64,000 nt of DNA from a bacterium. Lineage in GTDB: Bacteria > UBA10199 > 2-02-FULL-44-16 > JAAZCA01. The position numbers were made by a program, and so were the translations under genes. Of this stretch, positions 52,848 through 61,385 are shown piece after piece. The stretch is taken from NCBI GenBank assembly GCA_963674695.2, contig CAXXGI010000003.1, positions 736,001-800,000 on the forward strand, read 5' to 3'. The notes under the pieces were generated by a model, which had not been told where the DNA came from, ran no database searches, and saw only the letters and a program-made list of their open reading frames with translations. Position 1 is the first letter of the stretch. Each line of letters starts with the position of its first letter.

Positions 52848-52916
52848 GTCATTCCCGCGAAGGCGGGAATCTCGAAGTACGTGAACAATCGAGATTCCCG
52901 CCTTCGCGGGAATGAC
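52848..52916. repeat. REP/REPIN-like palindrome copy 4
   Basis: Same arms as copy 1, between convergent genes. Confidence 0.92.
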
Positions 52917-52952
52917 CCCTTTAAGAATACGACCTTTTGTATTGTACTCCGA

Positions 52953-54818
52953 CTACTCCTCTTTCGCTTCCGGCAGATCGACCTCGTAGAGACTGGTATC
53001 GATGTCGTTGCGATAGACGGCGGGAATGGCATCCTCGTAGAAGAACTTCTCGAGCATGTAGTTGGTGAGAAAGATGGCAGCGACGTTTCCCGCGATGTCG
53101 AAGGCATAGCGCGCGACGTTCTTGCCCTGAAGACCCTTGGCGACCCAGCGACAGCCCTTGTTGACCCAGCTCTTGATGCGACTCGTGCTCTTGTACCCCT
53201 CATGCCAGATGCGTTTGGGACCTGTGGGGACAACGGAAACCTTCGGTTTGAGCACGACGCCGATTTCCTCGGCCTGCGCGCGCAGATCACGCGACATCGC
53301 CTTGAAGCGCTCGCCGAATTTCGACGCATCCGCCGCATTCTCCGGACGGTATTTGATGAAATCCTCTTCGGCGGCCGCCATCATCTCGCCGGCGAGCTGT
53401 CCCAACTCCTGCTGGGCCTGGCGCGCAGATGCCGCGAGCCCCTTCACCTGGGCGCGAGATCCGCCGGCCTCTGCAATCCCTTTCATCTCACGCAGGGTAT
53501 CGCCCGCCTTCTTCGCGGTTGCGGCGACCTCATCCACGCGCGCCACGCCCTGCTCCATCGTCCGGGCCCATTTCAGCGCGCCCTCGCCTCCATCCTGAAG
53601 CATCCGCGGGCGTTCGACCGCATAGAGCCCTTTGAGCTGTCGACCGATGTCGTCGATGCTCGCTTCGAAGGAGAGCCCCAGACCGGCCTTTGATGCCTTC
53701 GTCCCCGAGGCAAAGAAGGTCTCGGGCGGCTGTCGCAAGAGGCGCAGCGCATCGGTCCGCTCGCGCATCCGGTTTGCCATCCAGTCAAACGGCTTGCGCC
53801 CGCGCCCCTCGACGAGAAAGTCGAAGGCGAGTTCGCCCGCATTGCCGCCGATGTGACCGGCGTTGGTAAACATCGCCAGCGTCGGACCCATGTCGCCCGT
53901 GGGACCGTAGAGCCACATCGTGTGACCCAGGCGTTCGAAGAAACTCCCTTCAAGATCATCCCACTTGTCCTGATTGACGAGCATCAGCCCCATGTCGAAC
54001 GCGGTCCACCCGAGAAAGGTCCCCGCATTGATCGCGAAGAACTTGCCCGCGATCTGCGCGCGCGTGGCGGGCATGACGTTGGGCCCCACCCAGTTCTTGC
54101 CGTAGAGCAGACGTCCCCCCATCGATGACGCGCGCTCCTGCAGAAAGGCCGATCGCTCGAGCATCGGCACGAGGCGGTTTTGGAGATTATACTGCACGCC
54201 CGTCTGCGCCAAGGCATAGGCGCCGGTCGTGGCAAAAGCACCGAGATAGAGGTTCTCTTCCGACGCGCCAACTTTTTCCGAAAGCCAGGTATTCCAGGAC
54301 GTCGGATAGCCGTCATTGGGTACACCGAGAGAATCCGACTGGAGCTGTTTGGACAACCCCCACCCGCCATCGAGCGCCAGGCGAAAAGCGAAATGCGCTC
54401 CGACCTCGCCGAAGAATTTGCGCATGCCCAACCGCTGACCAACAGCAAAGCCACGCGGCGGCAGAAAGCGCTGAAAAAAGCGGGACGCCTCAAAATCACC
54501 GGTGTTGCCGAACTTGCCACTGTCGGCGAAGAAAAGCGGTTTCAAGAAAAAGGAATTGCGCGGCCAGATATGATCGCCCCAATCGAAGGAGGGTTCCTGC
54601 CCGTCGACCGCATCGACTTCGAGCACAGAGCCGTCGGCTCCCATCGTCACCGCGGCCGTCTCGCCATCATCGATCTGTTGCTTCAGTTCACGCGTCTTGG
54701 CGCCGTCGAGCAGGAGCGTTCCGTTCGCTCCGACCGAAAGCGTCGGAACCCCCTCCCAAGGATCGGAGGAGACGCGCCCATCCGAAAAATCGCGCTGAGG
54801 AATTCGCGTTTCGCTCAT
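52953..54818 (-). CDS. Hypothetical protein with hydrophobic segments and coiled coil
   Basis: AGGAG RBS, 621 aa, start overlaps GH13 stop; Ala/Gln/Lys-rich heptad region. Confidence 0.8.
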   Translation of the reverse strand: MSETRIPQRDFSDGRVSSDPWEGVPTLSVGANGTLLLDGAKTRELKQQIDDGETAAVTMGADGSVLEVDAVDGQEPSFDWGDHIWPRNSFFLKPLFFADSGKFGNTGDFEASRFFQRFLPPRGFAVGQRLGMRKFFGEVGAHFAFRLALDGGWGLSKQLQSDSLGVPNDGYPTSWNTWLSEKVGASEENLYLGAFATTGAYALAQTGVQYNLQNRLVPMLERSAFLQERASSMGGRLLYGKNWVGPNVMPATRAQIAGKFFAINAGTFLGWTAFDMGLMLVNQDKWDDLEGSFFERLGHTMWLYGPTGDMGPTLAMFTNAGHIGGNAGELAFDFLVEGRGRKPFDWMANRMRERTDALRLLRQPPETFFASGTKASKAGLGLSFEASIDDIGRQLKGLYAVERPRMLQDGGEGALKWARTMEQGVARVDEVAATAKKAGDTLREMKGIAEAGGSRAQVKGLAASARQAQQELGQLAGEMMAAAEEDFIKYRPENAADASKFGERFKAMSRDLRAQAEEIGVVLKPKVSVVPTGPKRIWHEGYKSTSRIKSWVNKGCRWVAKGLQGKNVARYAFDIAGNVAAIFLTNYMLEKFFYEDAIPAVYRNDIDTSLYEVDLPEAKEE

Positions 54819-57295
54819 AAACTCCTCCTTTTCTGCGAAACGCCGAGATAGTCGGCGGGGATGCCGGCTTCATCGCTTCCGCGCCGCTCCAAAATCACGG
54901 TGCGCCACTCGGGCTTGATGAGAACACGTCCGTCGCGAATATCGATGATCTCTTCCTCTTTCCCCGCGTTGCGAAGCCGATACCGTCCGTCGGCCGGGTA
55001 GAGGGCGCCCTTGACCTTCTTGACGCGCTCCGACGTCATGCGCTTGGGATCGGGCGCATGCGGCAGCAGTTCACCCTGTGGAATGGCGGCCGTTCCGTTT
55101 TCAATCTGATAGGTGATCCCCGTGGCGCTGTTCGTCCAGACCTGATCGGGAAACGTGATGCGCCCATTGGCACCGACTTCCATGTAGCGCTCCCAGACCG
55201 GGTCGAAGTAGGTGCCGGGAACGGGCTTGATGTGCCCCTCATCCGTTACCTGGTAATTGATCGTGGTGATCGGATCCTCATAGAACCCCGCCGGGAACTT
55301 GACCTTGAGTTCTGAGAGCACCGAATCGGCATCCTCGTCGATCGCATCCCCTTCAGGGCGGACATGCACATAGAGCATTTCATCGATATCCCGGAAGGAG
55401 CGGTGGATGACGAGCCGATTTTCATCCCCCTCCGTCTCCATCGTGCCGTAGCGCAGCGCAAGCATATTGTTGCGCGTCATCGCATTGAGCCGAACGCCCA
55501 GGCGCTCCATTGGATAGCGTTGAGTCCCATCGGTCGGAATGTCGAGCATCGGACGGTTATAGGGATCTCCGCCGCGACCGAACAGACCGCTGTGCCATCC
55601 GGCGTCGATCTTGCGCTGCAGGTCCGGTGCATAGACGTAGGGCATTCCGGGCAAGATGTACGAGGAGATCACCGCCTGCTCGTGTTCGACGTCGGAGGGC
55701 CATCCCCCGCCGTTCAAGAAGAGCGGCACGTCGTGGTTGCTCGTGATCGGGCAGAGCTGCTGCTGCCAGGAAAGCGGATAGTGTGACAAACGATCGAGAT
55801 GTTTGTGCATTGCCTCGAGCGACCGATCACGACCACCGAAGGACGTGCGCACACTGTGCATAAAGCCGAAATCGAAGAGGTCGACCATCTTCTCGACATC
55901 GGTCTGTCCGCCCAGATAGGCGTGCATCCCCGCGTCGAACATATCCATCGGATGGAGCAGGTCGAACCATTCACCGACGATCGGAGAATATCCGTCCTTG
56001 GCCGCGCGCATACGACCGGCGGAATTGAAGATGACGTTCTCCCAATACTGCGGATAGCGATTGCACTCCTCGGGATTGAGGACATAGAGCAGCGTGTCGA
56101 AGCGCGCACCGCCGGCATGCTCGGCCCAACGATCGGCCGTACGCAGGATGAGATCGTAGGCCTTGGAATTGCCGTAGACATTGAGATCGACAAGCCCCAT
56201 AAGCGATTGTGTTTCGAGCTTTCGCCAGTGGGCGCAGCGGTCGAGCGGAAAAAAGCCCCAGTGTTTGATATAGCGCGTATGATGGAACGCGGCGCGATCA
56301 AAGCCGGAGGCGAACGGGTCGCCGTTGACTTCCGTCTTTTCGAGCCCCAATTTCTCATGCTCTTTCCAATAGTCGAAGACCAGCTGATCCCGAAAAAACA
56401 CCTTTCCGCCATCCATCACATCGCCACACTCTTTGCGATAGGCTTCATACACCTCAGGACAGTCGCGAAAGTTTTCGTCGCCCACCGGTCCACAGCGCTC
56501 GAGCACTTCCGGCGTTGCCGCCTTCTCGATGATATTGAGCGTCTGTTCGAGCCCACAGTTCGTCCCCAATCGTCCCGCATGGTTCATGATGAGATCGACC
56601 TGAACCGTCATCCCCGCCGCACGCAGGGCCGACATCGTCTGTATGAAAAGCTCCTCATCCTTCGCGCGTGAAACACCGGAGCCGTAGTGCGGATCCAGCC
56701 AACCGAAGTTTCGCCCCCAGTATCCGTGCGGACCCGAGGCCCGCACCTGTTCGCCAGCATCGTTATAATAGGTCACATATCCGACCGTATTCTCCCAGAG
56801 GGGACTCATCCAGAGAACGTCGAAGCCCAACCCCTGCAAATAGGGAATGCCCTGCTCGACGCCTTCGAGGTCACCGCCGAAGAAGAGCCCGGGGCTCTCC
56901 TTTGTTTCATCATAGGTCGCCTCCATGATGAACCGGCAGCGCTCGCGTTCTGTTTCGGTCGTGCCGACATCATCACAGGCATAGGTGGGAACATTGTTAT
57001 CGGGGTTGCCATCGCGAAAGCGGTCGATGTTCCCCATCTGCAGGCCATGCGCGGGAAGCCCCATGGCGGCGATGCGATAGAACTCGATGGCAAATTGGTC
57101 GGTGAAGTTTCCAGCGTTATCGATATAACGAGAAGTCTCGGTTCCCTCTGCGAAGTCGATCTCATGGGGTTCCGGAACACCGGGGTGCGTGCCGTCGCGC
57201 ATCCACTTCCAGGGGACGCTCTGTCCGAACTTTTCCTCGACCAGGCGTTGGTAGTACGCGAACATCCTCGGCGTCATCTTGGTAAATGGTGTCAT
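54815..57295 (-). CDS. Large divergent GH13 alpha-amylase-family protein without signal peptide
   Basis: DRFRDG, GGDLEGV..YLQGLG..LWMSP, HGYW, DLIMNH, RFDT, GEW, NHD. Confidence 0.85.
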   Translation of the reverse strand: MTPFTKMTPRMFAYYQRLVEEKFGQSVPWKWMRDGTHPGVPEPHEIDFAEGTETSRYIDNAGNFTDQFAIEFYRIAAMGLPAHGLQMGNIDRFRDGNPDNNVPTYACDDVGTTETERERCRFIMEATYDETKESPGLFFGGDLEGVEQGIPYLQGLGFDVLWMSPLWENTVGYVTYYNDAGEQVRASGPHGYWGRNFGWLDPHYGSGVSRAKDEELFIQTMSALRAAGMTVQVDLIMNHAGRLGTNCGLEQTLNIIEKAATPEVLERCGPVGDENFRDCPEVYEAYRKECGDVMDGGKVFFRDQLVFDYWKEHEKLGLEKTEVNGDPFASGFDRAAFHHTRYIKHWGFFPLDRCAHWRKLETQSLMGLVDLNVYGNSKAYDLILRTADRWAEHAGGARFDTLLYVLNPEECNRYPQYWENVIFNSAGRMRAAKDGYSPIVGEWFDLLHPMDMFDAGMHAYLGGQTDVEKMVDLFDFGFMHSVRTSFGGRDRSLEAMHKHLDRLSHYPLSWQQQLCPITSNHDVPLFLNGGGWPSDVEHEQAVISSYILPGMPYVYAPDLQRKIDAGWHSGLFGRGGDPYNRPMLDIPTDGTQRYPMERLGVRLNAMTRNNMLALRYGTMETEGDENRLVIHRSFRDIDEMLYVHVRPEGDAIDEDADSVLSELKVKFPAGFYEDPITTINYQVTDEGHIKPVPGTYFDPVWERYMEVGANGRITFPDQVWTNSATGITYQIENGTAAIPQGELLPHAPDPKRMTSERVKKVKGALYPADGRYRLRNAGKEEEIIDIRDGRVLIKPEWRTVILERRGSDEAGIPADYLGVSQKRRSL

Positions 57296-57309
57296 AAGTC
57301 CCCTTATCC

Positions 57310-58308
57310 CTATTGACGCATGCTATTCGCCGCTTCGGCCTCTCGGCGTACCACGGCATCGGAATCCTTGCGCAACTGCTCGATCACGGGATCGGCACGC
57401 TCGGCAAAGAGCTTGATCAACATCCAGGCAAACGTCTTTTCCTGGCTATCGCTGCTTGTCACCATTCCGTTGCGTATCAGATACGCGATCGCCTTTGGAC
57501 CGATCTTGATCAGCGCCTCGACGATGGCGGTCTTCAACATGCGCGAACGCGGGAAACGATCGACGTACGCCTCCCCCTCCTCACTCAGGGCCAGTTTGAT
57601 CAGCTGCGGCACCAGCGCTGAGGCCTTTTGACCGTATTCGCCCGCGGCCCAGACGGTGGTAAAGAGCACCCGCGAGCTCTTGAGAAAGAGATGTTGGTGC
57701 AGCACCGGCAGCACCTCTTCGGGAAGCGCGCGATGCGCGCCAAGTGTGGAGAGCGCGGCAACCTGAAGAGGAAAATCCTCCGGGTGTTTATCCTTCTGCC
57801 ACATCAGGATCGGTTCATCCTCGAGGACCTCGAGCATCCCCTCGGCGATCTCATCGCGCAGTTCCACGTTGGCCACCGGCGTATAGCGCAGTTCCCAGAT
57901 CGCCGCCTCGCGCCGTGCGTCATTCTTGAACCAGCCGCTCTGCGCGGCATCGATGAGCCAGCGCACGCGATCGTGCTGAACCAGCTCGCCATTTTTGCCC
58001 GCCACAAGGCACAAAAAAGACCGGGGGATACCGGCCGTGCTCGCATCATCAAATTCCTCGGGGGTCACCTGCGCCGTTCGCGTAAGGCTCGGATCATCGC
58101 TCAAGGTAAAATTGAGCGCATTCTGGAGCGGGGCACAGAATTCGGAGAGCCCCAGTTTCGCGCACTCGGTCTGGCCGAAGCCTTCCGGGCCTTCCGCCGC
58201 CGCCTGCCGTACCGCTTGAGCCAACGGTGCATTCCACGCGATGGACATCATCGCCTCCTTTGTCATTCCAGCGTCCATCTCCTCCCGCAAGATGCGCTCA
58301 TCGTTCAA
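57310..58308 (-). CDS. HEAT/PBS-repeat protein
   Basis: AALSTLG, WAAGEYG..ASALVPQL, EALIKIGPKAI, DSDAVVRREA. Confidence 0.7.
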   Translation of the reverse strand: MNDERILREEMDAGMTKEAMMSIAWNAPLAQAVRQAAAEGPEGFGQTECAKLGLSEFCAPLQNALNFTLSDDPSLTRTAQVTPEEFDDASTAGIPRSFLCLVAGKNGELVQHDRVRWLIDAAQSGWFKNDARREAAIWELRYTPVANVELRDEIAEGMLEVLEDEPILMWQKDKHPEDFPLQVAALSTLGAHRALPEEVLPVLHQHLFLKSSRVLFTTVWAAGEYGQKASALVPQLIKLALSEEGEAYVDRFPRSRMLKTAIVEALIKIGPKAIAYLIRNGMVTSSDSQEKTFAWMLIKLFAERADPVIEQLRKDSDAVVRREAEAANSMRQ

Positions 58309-58810
58309 GCTTCTTGCGACACATGAACGTGCAATTCAAATCGTCGTTGAACCAGATCTCGATATCGATCCCGGTCATCGCCTTGATCGCTGAGGCCACA
58401 ACCACCAGATCCTTGCGCAGCTCCGGACGGTCGGTGATATCAGCACTAAAAGATCCGCAGCCGTTGTCCAGCTCGCGGATCACATTCCCCTTCGCATCGT
58501 TGAGTTCGATCCAATAGAAGGTCTTGCTCTGACCTAACCGGCGAAAATGGTAGGAGAAGTGCACCGTGTGATCGCCATCGCGCACGTCAAACGCATACGA
58601 CTCCTGTGCCGAATTTCCCGTTTGATAGGCGGACTTGCGCATGGAGGGCTCTGCACAGCTCTTGACCATCTCCACAGAGTAGGCATCCATGTCGAATGCC
58701 GTTTCGGGTTGGGCGCAGGTCTTCTTAAAATAGGACCGCAGCTGACTGAGTATTTTTTCTTCGGTGCGATAGGACGCGCAGTAGCGTTCACTTGCATTGA
58801 AATCCGGCAT
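58298..58810 (-). CDS. Hypothetical protein, first gene of four-gene operon
   Basis: AAGGAGG RBS before ATG 58810; stop overlaps next start. Confidence 0.7.
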   Translation of the reverse strand: MPDFNASERYCASYRTEEKILSQLRSYFKKTCAQPETAFDMDAYSVEMVKSCAEPSMRKSAYQTGNSAQESYAFDVRDGDHTVHFSYHFRRLGQSKTFYWIELNDAKGNVIRELDNGCGSFSADITDRPELRKDLVVVASAIKAMTGIDIEIWFNDDLNCTFMCRKKLER

Positions 58811-58830
58811 GACCCCCTCCTTCCATCCCC

Positions 58831-58858
58831 TTATCGCGGTTTCAGCGAAAAAGTTGCG
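58831..58858 (-). promoter_or_regulatory. Sigma-28-like promoter motif M6
   Basis: Minus strand CGCAAC-tttttcgctgaaacc-GCGATAA upstream of ATG 58810. Confidence 0.65.
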
Positions 58859-59165
58859 CCCTTTTTCCTCCTCCACCAGGCCCGGCACGACAAACCAAAA
58901 TTGCACCAAAATCAGGCCGTTAGGGCATTTGCGCCCAGAGGTGTGGCATGCACCCGTTTGTATTGTCAAGGGGGCAAACGAGGGACTGTCTCTTGCATGA
59001 ACAGATCTTCAGTTCCGATCAATGCCAGCACGATCAAACCACGCCCAAGCAAACCGCTCGCACCACACGACCATTGTAAAAAACGCGTGACATTTCAGCG
59101 CTCTTTGAGTACTTCGCGTGCAACATCGAACAACACACTCGCTGCCGAGGAGAACCATCCCGACC

Positions 59166-60347
59166 ATGACGCTTTTTTCGCGAATCCTCTGCACCCTCCT
59201 CGTCCTCCTTGCATCGTGCCTCATCACGACCCGAGCAGCTCATGCCTCGCACGTCGGCTACGACTGGGGCTTGTATCTGGCCAGCGACGACTGGAACTAC
59301 AAGCTCACCTTCAGCGGCGGCGTGTTGCCCCGCTTTCAATACCGCAAACAGAACGACGCGCTCTGGCAACCGACGCTCGTCACCTTCATGGAATCGGCCT
59401 ATATCGTCGTGAAGTTCGATTCGGCCAAGGGGTTCAAGTCGGAGTTCACCTTCGGACACGGAACGGGTGCACCGGAATATGCAACCGTCAACATCGGTAA
59501 TGCCTGGGTTCAATACTGGGTCAACAAATACCTCGAAATTCGAATGGGCACACTCTCGCTGCCGCTCAGCTTCGGGGTCGACGGTGGATGGATGCTGCTC
59601 AACGATCCGCCCATCACCTTCACCCAATGGGACGGCATCAACAACTACGTCCCCTATCAGATCGTAACTCCGCTGCGTTCGAGCTTCGGTTCCCCCTGGG
59701 CCTTGGGGCTGCGCCTCACCGGAAAAGTCTGGAAGATGCTCTACCAGTTTGCCGTCATCAACGGAAACGAGAGCAACTTCATCGACAACCCGAACAAGCG
59801 CATGAACTTCGGCGGACGGGTGCGCTTCGATATCCTGGGCGACACCGACATGGAGAAGGAGACCGACTACAGCTACAGCGAAACGCCGCAGCTCTCGGTC
59901 AACCTCGGCTCCATCTATGAAGGGAAACGCACCGATCCCTACACCGGAGCCGATGTCAGATACTGGTGGACCTCGACGCTGGGCGTTGGCCTTCGCTGGA
60001 AGGGATTTGCGCTCACCAGCGAGGGCTACTATCGGAGAACGCGCTTCAATACGCTCGGCACCGCCACCTGGGCGCGCTACAAGCTGACCGATATCGGGTA
60101 CTATGTGGGGTTGGGATACTATATCATCCCGAAGAAACTGGAGCTGGCCGCCCTCGGCGCACAGATCATCCGGCAGGGACCCGACAACGACTCCCACCAG
60201 CTCGGCGGAAGCGTCAACTGGTACATCCACGGCTACAACCTCAAAATCCAGACCTCCTACAACTGGAAAGAAGACTTCGACGACGTCGCCGGCACGGAGA
60301 ACAACCACATCCATACCGTCGACATCTGCCTGCAAGCGCGATTCTGA
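59166..60347 (+). CDS. Outer-membrane porin (OprO/OprP-like)
   Basis: Signal peptide AAHA, amphipathic beta strands, NWYIHGYNLKIQ, C-terminal QARF. Confidence 0.8.
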   Translation: MTLFSRILCTLLVLLASCLITTRAAHASHVGYDWGLYLASDDWNYKLTFSGGVLPRFQYRKQNDALWQPTLVTFMESAYIVVKFDSAKGFKSEFTFGHGTGAPEYATVNIGNAWVQYWVNKYLEIRMGTLSLPLSFGVDGGWMLLNDPPITFTQWDGINNYVPYQIVTPLRSSFGSPWALGLRLTGKVWKMLYQFAVINGNESNFIDNPNKRMNFGGRVRFDILGDTDMEKETDYSYSETPQLSVNLGSIYEGKRTDPYTGADVRYWWTSTLGVGLRWKGFALTSEGYYRRTRFNTLGTATWARYKLTDIGYYVGLGYYIIPKKLELAALGAQIIRQGPDNDSHQLGGSVNWYIHGYNLKIQTSYNWKEDFDDVAGTENNHIHTVDICLQARF

Positions 60348-60473
60348 ATTCTACTGCTCACCATTTGATCTGATCACATCATAATAACGTTATTATTCCC
60401 TCTGGCATCTAAGACCGAAACGGAAAACCGATAACCGATTGGGAGAATCCGATATACCGATAACGGAACCGGA

Positions 60474-60701
60474 TCAGGAGAGTCTCCTGATCCGGTTGTA
60501 TGCTGCTCGCAGAATCGCTTTATTCTCCTCCTGTACTCTTGCCGGAATCAAGGAGAATGCGGCGGCCAGATCCAGGCCCGCTGCCACCTCCGCGATAGAC
60601 CCCATCGAGATCTGAAAGAAGCGCTTTCGTTCACGTGGTTGCCCCCGCTTGCCGTTGCCCTCCGCCAAGTTGAGCACAGCAGACGATATGGCCCTTCTGA
60701 G
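60474..60701 (-). pseudogene. 5'-truncated four-helix-bundle (23S rRNA IVS/bAvd-like) gene
   Basis: LRRAISSAVLNLAEG..ERKRFFQISMGSIAEV; in-frame TGA a few codons upstream. Confidence 0.75.
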
Positions 60702-60893
60702 ACGACGGTGTTTTCACCTACAGCCCATTCAGAATATCTCTCACGCCGATCTATCGGACAGGGCCCACCTGATGATGATGTTGATGCCGATGCTGATCGG
60801 ATTCGATCATCCGTTTTTCCGTTTCGGTGTCTCTGTTATCCCAATCGGTTCTCCAAATCGGTAAATCTCGATGATCCATGAGCAATGATGTCG

Positions 60894-60954
60894 AAAAGTG
60901 GTCATAGGCGACCACCACAAAGGCCGTTCGTGGTGGTCAGATTTTACCACTTTG
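60894..60954. repeat. Second copy of AGTGGT..ACCACT element (inverted)
   Basis: Reverse complement agtggtaaaatctgaccaccacgaacggcctttgtggtggtcgcctatgaccactttt aligns with 30466-30525. Confidence 0.75.
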
Positions 60955-60970
60955 GCGCACCACTTCAGTC

Positions 60971-61216
60971 GATGGCTATCTCGTCGATCAGCTCAGAAGG
61001 GCCATGGCTTCCGTCGTGCTCAACTTGGCGGAGGGCAATGCTCGGATGGGCAAAGGGGAACGAAAGCGCTTCTTTCAGATATCCAGGGCATCGTTGGCGG
61101 AGGTGTCGGCCTGTATCGATCTGGCCGCCGCATTCTCCTTGATTCCGGCACGATGTGAAATGGAGAACAAGGAGAGAGCCGATCGGATCAGCCGAATGCT
61201 CTACCGGCTCAGGTGA
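60971..61216 (+). pseudogene. 5'-truncated four-helix-bundle gene
   Basis: GYLVDQLRRAMASVVLNLAEG..ERKRFFQISRASLAEV; upstream frame unrelated and closed by TAG. Confidence 0.75.
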
Positions 61217-61385
61217 GCCGGTAATCAGAAATCAACAATCAACATCAGGATCAACATCATCATCACGATCAGAAGACAATCATGCGATACTATCGTAACA
61301 TCTCATGAATCCTGCACGGTCTCATCCCGACTACACCTGAATAAGATCAACGATAACCTCATCCCCCTCCTTCTTGCATGCCCCC

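Noticed and set aside
60474-61216. Diversity-generating retroelement (Avd-like genes)
   Set aside because: No reverse transcriptase or TR/VR pair in the window, and the genes are truncated
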